Virus record (IMG/VR): IMGVR_UViG_3300027977_000026
Length of the DNA: 20,000 nt
Source of the DNA: an uncultured virus (IMG/VR IMGVR_UViG_3300027977_000026)
Taxonomy: Duplodnaviria > Heunggongvirae > Uroviricota > Caudoviricetes
Reading direction: 5' to 3' (one strand)
Shown piece by piece: positions 1 through 7,782 of the stretch. Positions within the stretch are counted from its first letter, which is position 1; each line of letters starts with the position of its first letter. The position numbers and the translations under genes are program-made. The notes under the pieces are model-generated. The model saw nothing but the letters and a program-made list of their open reading frames with translations, was not told the origin of the DNA and ran no database searches.

Positions 1-656
1 AACGGGCTATTAAAATCAAAATTACCAATGGATGTTAGTCCTTCAGGTGTCACATGAAACAGAACTCCTTCCTCAAGAGACTCTGATTCAGGGAATTTAA
101 TACTGCTAAAACTGTTTGAATAAATGTCAGCAAAAACTGTACTTCCACATCTTGCCACATATGTTTTAGCAGATCTCTTATTCACAATCCATAGACCGAA
201 AGTACCTTCTAAAAGAGACAAAGCCGAACATATGGCATCTGTTTCATCTAGATTTTTTGAATAGTTTTTAACACATGAAAATAAGAGAGGAATAACGCTA
301 GAATCAACAGGATTCTTCCACTTTGGATCAAATTCATTTTTAATTTCATCAAAATTAGTCAATACTCCATTGTGTGCAACCAGCCAATCACCATGTTCAA
401 ATGGGTGGGATGTGTTGATTGAATAACCACGTTGTGTAGAAGTGGGTGCCTGTGTATGCCCAAGATATAAATCAAAATTTACATCTTCTGTATTCCTGAG
501 CAATTTTGCTGGTTCAACCACACCTTCTTGCTTTCTAATGACCATGGCGGATTGGTTTAAAAATGTTGTACCTACAGCAAAATTGCCCCTCTTTTTGTTG
601 AGATTATAGAGTGTTAGAAATTTTTGCTTTTCAGTAGATCCAAAGATACCGCACAT
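1..656 (-). CDS. Class II (Ntn) glutamine amidotransferase domain protein, 3'-truncated by window edge
   Basis: Not in the ORF track. Manual translation from ATG at 656: MCGIFGSTEK...KKRGN...LGHTQAPTS...SHPFEHGDWLVAHNGVLTNF...NPVDSSVIP...LEGTFGLWI...ARCGS. Has Cys2 nucleophile, RG, HPF, HNG and DS motifs of GlmS/PurF-type GATases. Frame stays open to position 1. ATG directly follows the queC stop (TAAATG). Confidence 0.9.
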   Translation of the reverse strand, partial: MCGIFGSTEKQKFLTLYNLNKKRGNFAVGTTFLNQSAMVIRKQEGVVEPAKLLRNTEDVNFDLYLGHTQAPTSTQRGYSINTSHPFEHGDWLVAHNGVLTNFDEIKNEFDPKWKNPVDSSVIPLLFSCVKNYSKNLDETDAICSALSLLEGTFGLWIVNKRSAKTYVARCGSTVFADIYSNSFSSIKFPESESLEEGVLFHVTPEGLTSIGNFDFNSP

Positions 657-1400
657 TTAACTATTATAAGTATCGTACTCTATTTTTCTACAATTATATT
701 TCGTCCAAACATTTGTTAGGTCTTGTTTGTATGACTGAGGATCAATGTATCCAGCATTTGCAAATCCTTTTATTCTCAAGGCGCTGCTTGCTGAATTGGC
801 ATCTGCTTTTTCTTCACCACTATAGCATGTATAAGTTTTACTAAATTTAACTTTTAATCTTATTCCCTCGAGTATAATATCTGCTTTATTCATTTTGATC
901 AAAGGTGCTACAACTTCAATGTGATTTTCTCTATTCAATGCCAATACACTGTTCATGCAGGGTATGAATTCTGGACTAGCATCCCAATACCCAGCCAGGC
1001 TGTCAACACCAGTGGCACCATGATAAATTTTTTGTGCGCCTACAGCTTCAGCATATGAAGCTGCAATGCTTAAGAAAGTCATGTTGCGATTAGGCACATA
1101 AGACTTTGGTTGGGCTTCACCTGCAACCTCTCTTATGTCCGGTGTGGGTATACTATCATTTGTCAAGCTACTGACTGGCGCTAGATCCTTAATGAACTGC
1201 ACATTAACCATTTTAAACCATTGACACCCCAATTCATAAGCGTGCCAAGCTGCTAATTCCAATTCCCTGTAATGTCTCTGTCCATAATTATAAGCTATAG
1301 GAAATACATTTTCATGACCAACTTCTTCAACTGCCTTATACAGTAAGACGGTACTGTCCATTCCACCGCTTATTGGAATTGCAATTTTATTTTGGCTCAT
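657..1400 (-). CDS. queC: QueC-like 7-cyano-7-deazaguanine synthase (PP-loop ATPase) with degenerate zinc site
   Basis: SGGMDS PP-loop, YNYGQRH, SSLT, SYVPNRN, GYWDASPEF, APLIKMNKADI, TYTCY...LR.KGF...DP all match QueC. C-terminal Cys cluster mostly lost. Confidence 0.9.
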   Translation of the reverse strand: MSQNKIAIPISGGMDSTVLLYKAVEEVGHENVFPIAYNYGQRHYRELELAAWHAYELGCQWFKMVNVQFIKDLAPVSSLTNDSIPTPDIREVAGEAQPKSYVPNRNMTFLSIAASYAEAVGAQKIYHGATGVDSLAGYWDASPEFIPCMNSVLALNRENHIEVVAPLIKMNKADIILEGIRLKVKFSKTYTCYSGEEKADANSASSALRIKGFANAGYIDPQSYKQDLTNVWTKYNCRKIEYDTYNS

Positions 1401-1878
1401 GTGATATTTTCGTAAGCTCTGGTGAATATTGTGGAATTATTACAGCGCCCTGTGCATCCTTTATATTTTCAAATCTGGCCGTGCGTGCTCTTAGTTCACT
1501 TGAAGAGTAGGTATGCTGTCTTTTATGATAGAAAAGCTCAATGCCATTTTCAATGCAATACTGTTTACCGGTAAAATCTCGATTTTTGTATTCTTCACTC
1601 AAAAAGCGAATATGAATAGTTTGTGTTTTGAGAAGTTGGAGTAAATCAAACTCTGTTTCATAAACAATTATTTCATCAACATATCGACAAGCTTGTAACT
1701 GCACAAATCGTTCGTAAGAACTCTGCACAGGTCTATTCTTTATACCAGGTCTATCAACTGTTGGATCTATTTGCATGGCAGCAATCAAATGATCACATAG
1801 TTGCTTCTCCATTTTTAACATTGTCACATGGCCAGCATGCAACAAGTCAAAAGAACTACAATTAAACCCTATCTTCAC
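1387..1878 (-). CDS. Cytidylyltransferase, glycerol-3-phosphate cytidylyltransferase (TagD)-like
   Basis: SSFDLLHAGH (HxGH), RPVQSSYER, CRYVDEI, and R.HTYSSSELR C-terminal motif of the HIGH cytidylyltransferase family. Overlaps the uvsX stop (ATGA-type) and the queC start. Confidence 0.85.
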   Translation of the reverse strand: MKIGFNCSSFDLLHAGHVTMLKMEKQLCDHLIAAMQIDPTVDRPGIKNRPVQSSYERFVQLQACRYVDEIIVYETEFDLLQLLKTQTIHIRFLSEEYKNRDFTGKQYCIENGIELFYHKRQHTYSSSELRARTARFENIKDAQGAVIIPQYSPELTKISHEPK

Positions 1879-2999
1879 ACGTCTTCTTTTGAAGATTTAA
1901 CAGCTTTTGTACTCTTGGTAGGCTCTGCTGCATCACTAGTAGTACTACCATACTTGTATGCGGCTTCGAGCTTTTTATCAAGATGTGGAATTAACTCTTC
2001 AAAGAATTTTGAATCCTTGGTGAAGTTTTTTGCATATCCCAACTTGGTACCATCAGGTCTTTGATATGTGGCACCAGTTTGAATGATGAGTCCATGATTA
2101 ACTGCCATTTCAAGCAAGCCACTGTACTTGTCCAATCCAGTCAAGTAATTCAACTGAATACTTGCTTCTAGAAATGGTGGAACGAAGCGATTCTTCACTG
2201 TTAACGCTCGCAATGTTACCCCACTGAAGTTTTTTGCTTCTGGAAGAATAGCATCATCTTCATTATTTGCATCCTGCTTCTCATTTCTCTTGGCCAACTG
2301 CACAATGACGCTAGCCATGTACAATGGGCCACTACCGCCACTCTGATTTTGCACTAGAGAGGGATACAAAGAAGCAGGATCACTGTAAGTATGATTGGTC
2401 ATTAATATAGTAACACCAGCGCGACCTGCTTTGTAAGTCAATAAGCGTAACAAGCTTTTCAGCCCCTTTGCTCTTGTGCCCATGTCAGAGGCACCCTTGT
2501 CTTTCTCTGCATCAGTTACTTCTTTACTACTTGCAAGATTGCCCAAGCTATCCAAACTAATAATAAATTTACCTTGCATGTTGTGCTCCACAATACTATC
2601 AAGGAATGTACTGATCTGATTGCGTGCATTTTCCACTGTGTACACTGGCACATATTTGGTCTTGTCAGGGTCTAGACCAACACCTGCAGTGGTATTCTTA
2701 TCAATGGCAAACTCTGTGTCAAAAATAACAGGTGTAATACCTTTCTTTTGAGCAAGACCAAGAATCTTATTAACCAACAAAGTCTTACCGGTCTGTGAGG
2801 GACCAGCAAAGATAACCAAACGACCCTTGGGTACACCGCCATCTTTTAGTTTGCCTGAGATAATTGCGTTCAATGCATAGCATCCAGTATCATACCAAGT
2901 ATCCACATTGCACAACGCATTCTCTGAGAGAAAGGTTGCCTCTGGATTGAGTGCATCTAACGTTTTAAATGCTTTTGAGAGTAATTCGTCTTGGTTCAT
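1875..2999 (-). CDS. uvsX: UvsX RecA-like recombinase
   Basis: DTGCYALNAIISG, Walker A GPSQTGKT, FDTEFA, Walker B LDSLGNL, DMGTRAK, TNHTY, SGGSGPLY, KNRFVPP; follows gp43 as in T4-like phages. Confidence 0.95.
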   Translation of the reverse strand: MNQDELLSKAFKTLDALNPEATFLSENALCNVDTWYDTGCYALNAIISGKLKDGGVPKGRLVIFAGPSQTGKTLLVNKILGLAQKKGITPVIFDTEFAIDKNTTAGVGLDPDKTKYVPVYTVENARNQISTFLDSIVEHNMQGKFIISLDSLGNLASSKEVTDAEKDKGASDMGTRAKGLKSLLRLLTYKAGRAGVTILMTNHTYSDPASLYPSLVQNQSGGSGPLYMASVIVQLAKRNEKQDANNEDDAILPEAKNFSGVTLRALTVKNRFVPPFLEASIQLNYLTGLDKYSGLLEMAVNHGLIIQTGATYQRPDGTKLGYAKNFTKDSKFFEELIPHLDKKLEAAYKYGSTTSDAAEPTKSTKAVKSSKEDV

Positions 3000-3355
3000 T
3001 ATTCGTCAAACAACTTGATAACAGACGTTTCACCGCCAGATTTCTGTTGAGGCACGGATGCAGGGGTACCAGCAGCAATGCGTTCATACTGAGAAATCAA
3101 ACGTGCATCCAGTTCAGCATCAGTAGTGACAATCTTATCAAGAGGGAAGTTAAATGTAGCACCTTCCTTGCTTGAAGTAGTGAGAAACTCTCTAAAGAAT
3201 AATGGAATTAGCTGCACTTGCAGTTGGCCTGATTGATTAGGCACAACATGAAGAATAGCAGGATCCCTTAGAGAGAGAGTAGTCTTACTCTCCCCCACTT
3301 GTTTCCCGATTACGGTTTGACCAACATGGTTAATAATTACTTTTATATCGCTCAT
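2999..3355 (-). CDS. Hypothetical protein, possible Sm/Lsm-like beta fold
   Basis: Beta-strand pattern IKVIINHVGQTVIGK...LSLRDPAIL...LIPL resembles small Sm-like phage proteins; coupled to the uvsX start. Fold is inference. Confidence 0.6.
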   Translation of the reverse strand: MSDIKVIINHVGQTVIGKQVGESKTTLSLRDPAILHVVPNQSGQLQVQLIPLFFREFLTTSSKEGATFNFPLDKIVTTDAELDARLISQYERIAAGTPASVPQQKSGGETSVIKLFDE

Positions 3356-3385
3356 ATATAAAATATATATTAAACTTTTATAATA

Positions 3386-5971
3386 TCAAGCTAATAATTC
3401 AAACAAATCACATTGCATGGCTTCACCTGGTTTTCTTGGCGTCCAATTCACCGCCTCATAAAACCTCTCAACAGCGCTGTACAGTATTTTGTCAAACATC
3501 AAATCAACATCTGGCTCAAAAATTGTGTTGAATTCTTCTGGGTAATAGTATTTGTAAGCCACTGCGCTTATACCATACTTATTAGGTTGTTTAACATAGA
3601 AGAATCTAATCTTATCACCACTTGCAATGAGCTCATACTTCTTGCTCATTTTCAATGTCTTGCACAGTGTATTGTGAAAGTAGGCAGCTTTAACATGCAA
3701 TGGCATAGATTTTATTGTCTTGAAACCTTCACATCTTGAGGAATATTTTTCATAGCCCTTCAGCCCCATGACAAAAGATATGTCAGCAACAGGCAGTTCT
3801 TTGAACTTTCTATAAGCTTCATCCACCACCTCATTTGTTTTGACCTGGCTCTGGGTCAATAGCATGGTTTCAACAATTTTTTTAGCCAACGGCTTGATAG
3901 GTGCAGGCATGGTAGTGCGAGCAATCTCAACGCCTGTATACTTGAATTTATTAGTTGTAATACCTTCTTCATCGAGAATATGCAGAACATATCTTTTTTT
4001 CTGCAAATACAATGCAACATCACATATGGTTTCACGTTTAAACACAATCCTACTGTCCACAGTATTGAGATTTTCCTCACACCATTTCTTAATTTCCACA
4101 TTCAGGTGATTTTCTATATCCATTACTTCATCATAAAAATGCTTGGATATTTTATCGTTATTCATGAATTCTAATCCACTATCCACAAGTAACGATAGAG
4201 AAGCATGTACTGAATCAGTGTCATTGTATATAACACAGGAATACTCTTCAGGAGGTTTCATATTCTTTACCTTGAGCTTCTCTGCAATTAAATTATCTAA
4301 GATTTTGTTGCTTTGTTTGATTACTGCTTGACCAGTTAATGTAATGCTTCTGGCCAAATCATCGTCACCCAGCGGGAAAACTTTATTACCTAGGGCACCG
4401 TATACAGAATTAATAAAGATTTTTATTGTATGTTGTCTGATGTTAAGTAAGCTTTGCTGGTCTTTTAATGTCTTGTATTCAGGTGTACCTTTCTGCAATG
4501 TAGATATTTGTCTGTTTACCTTGGAGAGTTCTTTTCTGATTTGAACTCTGAGTTTATAATAATGATCCACCATTTCAGGTATAATGCCTTTTGTTTTCTG
4601 GCTAAACAAAACCTTGGCCTTGCTCAGTGTTAATTTCTCTTGTTTTACAAGCTGTGCAAATTTTGCTATGGATAGATCTACTACTCTACCGCTCACATCC
4701 CTGATTGTTACAGTTTCTTTATCCTGTTTCTCGATTATACCCATCTTTGTCTCTGGTGACAGGTTAAGAGTAATCATAACAGATGGATACAAGCTGTTGG
4801 CATCAAAAGTTACTATATTTTTCTGAAAACCTCTCTGAGGTTCACTCACATAAGCACCTTCATTCTGGCTCCCGTCATCTTCACCCCTTATGAAGGTTGG
4901 GATTTTTTTATCTCTGTATCTAGCTCTAACCGCGCAGGCCCCTATGATTACACTCATACTACCCATGGCAGCTTCAAAAGTTGTTAAACCGAAATAACTT
5001 AATGATCTTAATAATTCGAAATATTGTAATTTTTCCTCCATCTTCACAAGCAGTCTCACGTCCTGTACGTTGTATTCTACAAACTTGCTCCAATTCTCAT
5101 CAGCCAAGCTACTCAAATTAGTTTCTCCATAGTCAATTTTCTGCTCATCAAGCTCTATCTTAGCTATACTATTCAGTTTGTAACTTGCTCTAAGTACCAT
5201 GCAAAACCGTTTGTAGATATCCAGATAATCCAAACATGATACACCATCAATAAACCATCTCACAGTTTGCCTGCCAAATGTTCCTTTCAATGTTTTGAAA
5301 TAAACTCTACCCGTGGGCGAGAGTCTGCCTACTTCCTCCTCACCAAATAAAACTTTAACCCTGTTAATAATATAGGGCAAGTCAAACAAAATGCTATTCC
5401 ATCCAAGTAGAACATCTGGTGGGTCGTTCTGCATGAAAGTTAAAAACTTGTCAAACATCTCTTTCTCGGTTTTGCAGTAGTGAAATATTTGATCTTTGGA
5501 GTTGGATGTGTGGGGCTTAATGCCCCAGGTGATGAATCTTCTGGACAATGAATCATATATGGTTATGACATTTACTGGGTGTTTAGCTTCTTCTGGTATG
5601 GGGAACTCATCTGGTGAGTACGTTTCAATATCTAGATAGTAAATTTTTATTGGAAATTGAGAGAATTCTGGCGTTTCATTTACCTCCCAGAAGTTATCAC
5701 ATAAAAACTGCTGAGCAGGAGATAAATTTTCAAAGATTCTGGTTAGACCAACTTCTTTGATATATTTTGATTTCTCAAATTGATTTTTAAAGCTCTTCTT
5801 CTTTAAGGCAGTGTTAAAGATGCTAGTTGCATCAGTAGAGCCTTTTGATTCTACATATATGTAAGGGTTGTATGTGGAGTCTATAGCAATTCTGTTGCCT
5901 GCACTATCCCAGGTGAAGAGTCTGATCAACTCACTTCTTGGATCGTATACAATATTCCTATATCCCTTCAT
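3386..5971 (-). CDS. 43: Family B DNA polymerase (T4 gp43-like)
   Basis: ExoI YLDIET, ExoII GWNSILFDLPYI, ExoIII YNVQDV, motif A FDANSLYPS, motif B KIFINSVYG, motif C YNDTDS, KKRY, KYTGVE. 861 aa, no intein or intron apparent. Confidence 0.97.
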   Translation of the reverse strand: MKGYRNIVYDPRSELIRLFTWDSAGNRIAIDSTYNPYIYVESKGSTDATSIFNTALKKKSFKNQFEKSKYIKEVGLTRIFENLSPAQQFLCDNFWEVNETPEFSQFPIKIYYLDIETYSPDEFPIPEEAKHPVNVITIYDSLSRRFITWGIKPHTSNSKDQIFHYCKTEKEMFDKFLTFMQNDPPDVLLGWNSILFDLPYIINRVKVLFGEEEVGRLSPTGRVYFKTLKGTFGRQTVRWFIDGVSCLDYLDIYKRFCMVLRASYKLNSIAKIELDEQKIDYGETNLSSLADENWSKFVEYNVQDVRLLVKMEEKLQYFELLRSLSYFGLTTFEAAMGSMSVIIGACAVRARYRDKKIPTFIRGEDDGSQNEGAYVSEPQRGFQKNIVTFDANSLYPSVMITLNLSPETKMGIIEKQDKETVTIRDVSGRVVDLSIAKFAQLVKQEKLTLSKAKVLFSQKTKGIIPEMVDHYYKLRVQIRKELSKVNRQISTLQKGTPEYKTLKDQQSLLNIRQHTIKIFINSVYGALGNKVFPLGDDDLARSITLTGQAVIKQSNKILDNLIAEKLKVKNMKPPEEYSCVIYNDTDSVHASLSLLVDSGLEFMNNDKISKHFYDEVMDIENHLNVEIKKWCEENLNTVDSRIVFKRETICDVALYLQKKRYVLHILDEEGITTNKFKYTGVEIARTTMPAPIKPLAKKIVETMLLTQSQVKTNEVVDEAYRKFKELPVADISFVMGLKGYEKYSSRCEGFKTIKSMPLHVKAAYFHNTLCKTLKMSKKYELIASGDKIRFFYVKQPNKYGISAVAYKYYYPEEFNTIFEPDVDLMFDKILYSAVERFYEAVNWTPRKPGEAMQCDLFELLA

Positions 5972-5977
5972 AATTTG

Positions 5978-5983
5978 ATTTTA
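5978..5983 (-). promoter_or_regulatory. Putative sigma70-type -10 box (TAAAAT) for gp43, near-leaderless
   Basis: TAAAAT on the minus strand 6 nt before the ATG at 5971; no SD. AT-rich context weakens the call. Confidence 0.35.
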
Positions 5984-6005
5984 TACTATATTTGATAAAA
6001 TAATA

Positions 6006-6197
6006 GTGGAAAAGATTATGCAATTCTTTGAGCTCAGTCTGCCTTGCCCTCCGGAGATACAGGACTGTGACCGGCATAGATTGAACTATATGAATGAATT
6101 AGACACATTGAAGAAATCTGGTGGGTGTGGTGGTTGTGCAGAACGTTCACTCAGAAATAGATATATTAGCCTACTACAGACATGTTTACAGAAATAA
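6006..6197 (+). CDS. Small Cys-rich hypothetical protein
   Basis: LPCPPEIQDC...GGCGGC; GTG start at 6006 (alternative ATG 6018). Fills the gap divergent from gp43 and overlaps the next gene. Confidence 0.7.
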   Translation: MEKIMQFFELSLPCPPEIQDCDRHRLNYMNELDTLKKSGGCGGCAERSLRNRYISLLQTCLQK

Positions 6198-6517
6198 TAT
6201 TATATTTTTTGGGCTTATGCTCAGTATGTAGCTTTTTGCTCTTGTGGTTTGTTTCACCCCTCAAAATAACTCTAGCCAAATTGCTATTTAATGCAGACAT
6301 AGTGGATGTTAAGAATTTTGACGATCTAATATATCTTAAAAGTAAATATCTGTCCAAACTATCCTCTTGTTGGATATGCTGTAGTTTCTGGTCATCGCTG
6401 GCTGTGGGTATTGTCATGGCCATTGTATCGTCCAATCCTGTCTACCCTGTAATTACGTTCTGCACTTATCCTTGTCTAGCTTATGTTTTTAAACGTATCA
6501 TTGACCAAGACCGTTGA
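6182..6517 (+). CDS. Small membrane protein with CxxC motif, DUF1360-like
   Basis: Hydrophobic N- and C-terminal segments around LSKLSSCWICCSFW, resembling the L..CxxCxxxW motif of DUF1360 proteins. Confidence 0.7.
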   Translation: MFTEIILYFLGLCSVCSFLLLWFVSPLKITLAKLLFNADIVDVKNFDDLIYLKSKYLSKLSSCWICCSFWSSLAVGIVMAIVSSNPVYPVITFCTYPCLAYVFKRIIDQDR

Positions 6518-7748
6518 TGCGATTCAATCTGGTACGCTTTGGATCACCATAGGGATGACTGAATAATTCATAATAACACTGAATATTTTCTTGATTCTCT
6601 AGCCATCTTGTGTCTGCATCTTTGCGTCCTTTGGCACACAGATTCATATATCTTCCCTTTTTGCTGAGCACATCATCTATCATGGTCAGCATCTCCTCAC
6701 CAGTCTTAAATTTAAACTGAGCGTCCTCATATGTGCATAAATCTTGACATGCTATAGGAAGACCGAAGCTGTTGGCTTCTATTAGCTTCAAATCGGATTT
6801 GGACTTGTTGAAGTTATTGTCCTGCAATGGTGCAACAAGCATATTAACTTTAAGTTTTCTGATGGCCTCACCATAGTGGTAAAGATTGACCCATGGGTGG
6901 AATTCTACTGCACCTGAATCAACAAGTGGTTTGATTGGCAGTGGATAGGCACCTAGAAACACCCACTGATATTTGTGATGGGTATCATAGATAGCTTTGA
7001 TAACATGAGCAAAATCATCATTTTGGTTGACTCTATTCTCTACATCAAAATGTGCCCCAGATCCTGCATACAGAATTCTAGGTTTATTTTTGTGCGTATC
7101 ATAATTGGCACTTATTGCTTTTTCATCATAGAAATGACCTAGCCAGAATTTTGGTGGAAAGTTTGGAATGACGGTTACGTTCTGGTTACCAGTTTTTTCT
7201 TTGTAGTAGTTTTTCATGAAATCACATGTAACTGTAATTTCATCACACATGGACATTATCTCACAAGCATTCTGCCTGATCTGTGGATCAGTGAAAGCAG
7301 ATTTAAATTTGTTATAATCAGGAATATCCTCATGAAATACTAGATCGTCAATCTCATATATGATCCTAAACCCTACCTGCTTTGAAACTTCTTTCAAGAA
7401 CTTAACAAACTGCAGTTGTGAAGATGTCGCTTGTCGTTGTATTCTCACAACCTTGGTGTTGATATAATATCTTGGATCCAACACCATCACTGTTGTACCG
7501 TGCACACAGAATTCACCGTAGGCATTGCAAAGGTGCTCTGGCCATATCATTCTCCAGAAACCACACCCAGAGTAATCTGCATAATACTGAATGACCCTTG
7601 GGTTGGTGATCTCAGGTGGTTGCGGCGATGTGGGTGCAATCATCGGCGCTTGTGACTGTTGATTGAAAGGATTATTTAAATAAGGTACACTTTGAAGAAG
7701 AGGTGATGCAAAGGGGTTGCTGTTGAAAGGAGTACCGGTTGTATTCAT
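6498..7748 (-). CDS. Glycosyltransferase (GT-B fold, GT4-like phage family)
   Basis: SGCGFWRMIWP, QRQ, IIYEIDD, CDEITVT, VIPNF, ILYAGS, APLQDNNFNKSKSDLKLIEA...GLPI motifs typical of phage GT-B enzymes; Pro/Gln-rich N-terminal extension. Confidence 0.85.
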   Translation of the reverse strand: MNTTGTPFNSNPFASPLLQSVPYLNNPFNQQSQAPMIAPTSPQPPEITNPRVIQYYADYSGCGFWRMIWPEHLCNAYGEFCVHGTTVMVLDPRYYINTKVVRIQRQATSSQLQFVKFLKEVSKQVGFRIIYEIDDLVFHEDIPDYNKFKSAFTDPQIRQNACEIMSMCDEITVTCDFMKNYYKEKTGNQNVTVIPNFPPKFWLGHFYDEKAISANYDTHKNKPRILYAGSGAHFDVENRVNQNDDFAHVIKAIYDTHHKYQWVFLGAYPLPIKPLVDSGAVEFHPWVNLYHYGEAIRKLKVNMLVAPLQDNNFNKSKSDLKLIEANSFGLPIACQDLCTYEDAQFKFKTGEEMLTMIDDVLSKKGRYMNLCAKGRKDADTRWLENQENIQCYYELFSHPYGDPKRTRLNRINGLGQ

Positions 7749-7782
7749 GTTTAATATATAACAAGTCTGCAGAATATATCAA

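Noticed and set aside
1..1400. Bacterial QatABCD or type IV CBASS defence locus suggested by the QueC-like gene
   Set aside because: No ATPase, TatD, cyclase or TGT neighbours; the context is a phage replication operon.
3413..4826. Several short ORFs within gp43
   Set aside because: Nested in or antisense to an intact polymerase; no motifs or expression signals.
6166..6435. 89-aa minus-strand ORF as an alternative to the + strand membrane gene
   Set aside because: The + strand ORF has a recognisable CxxC membrane pattern and couples to the upstream gene; the minus ORF has no features.
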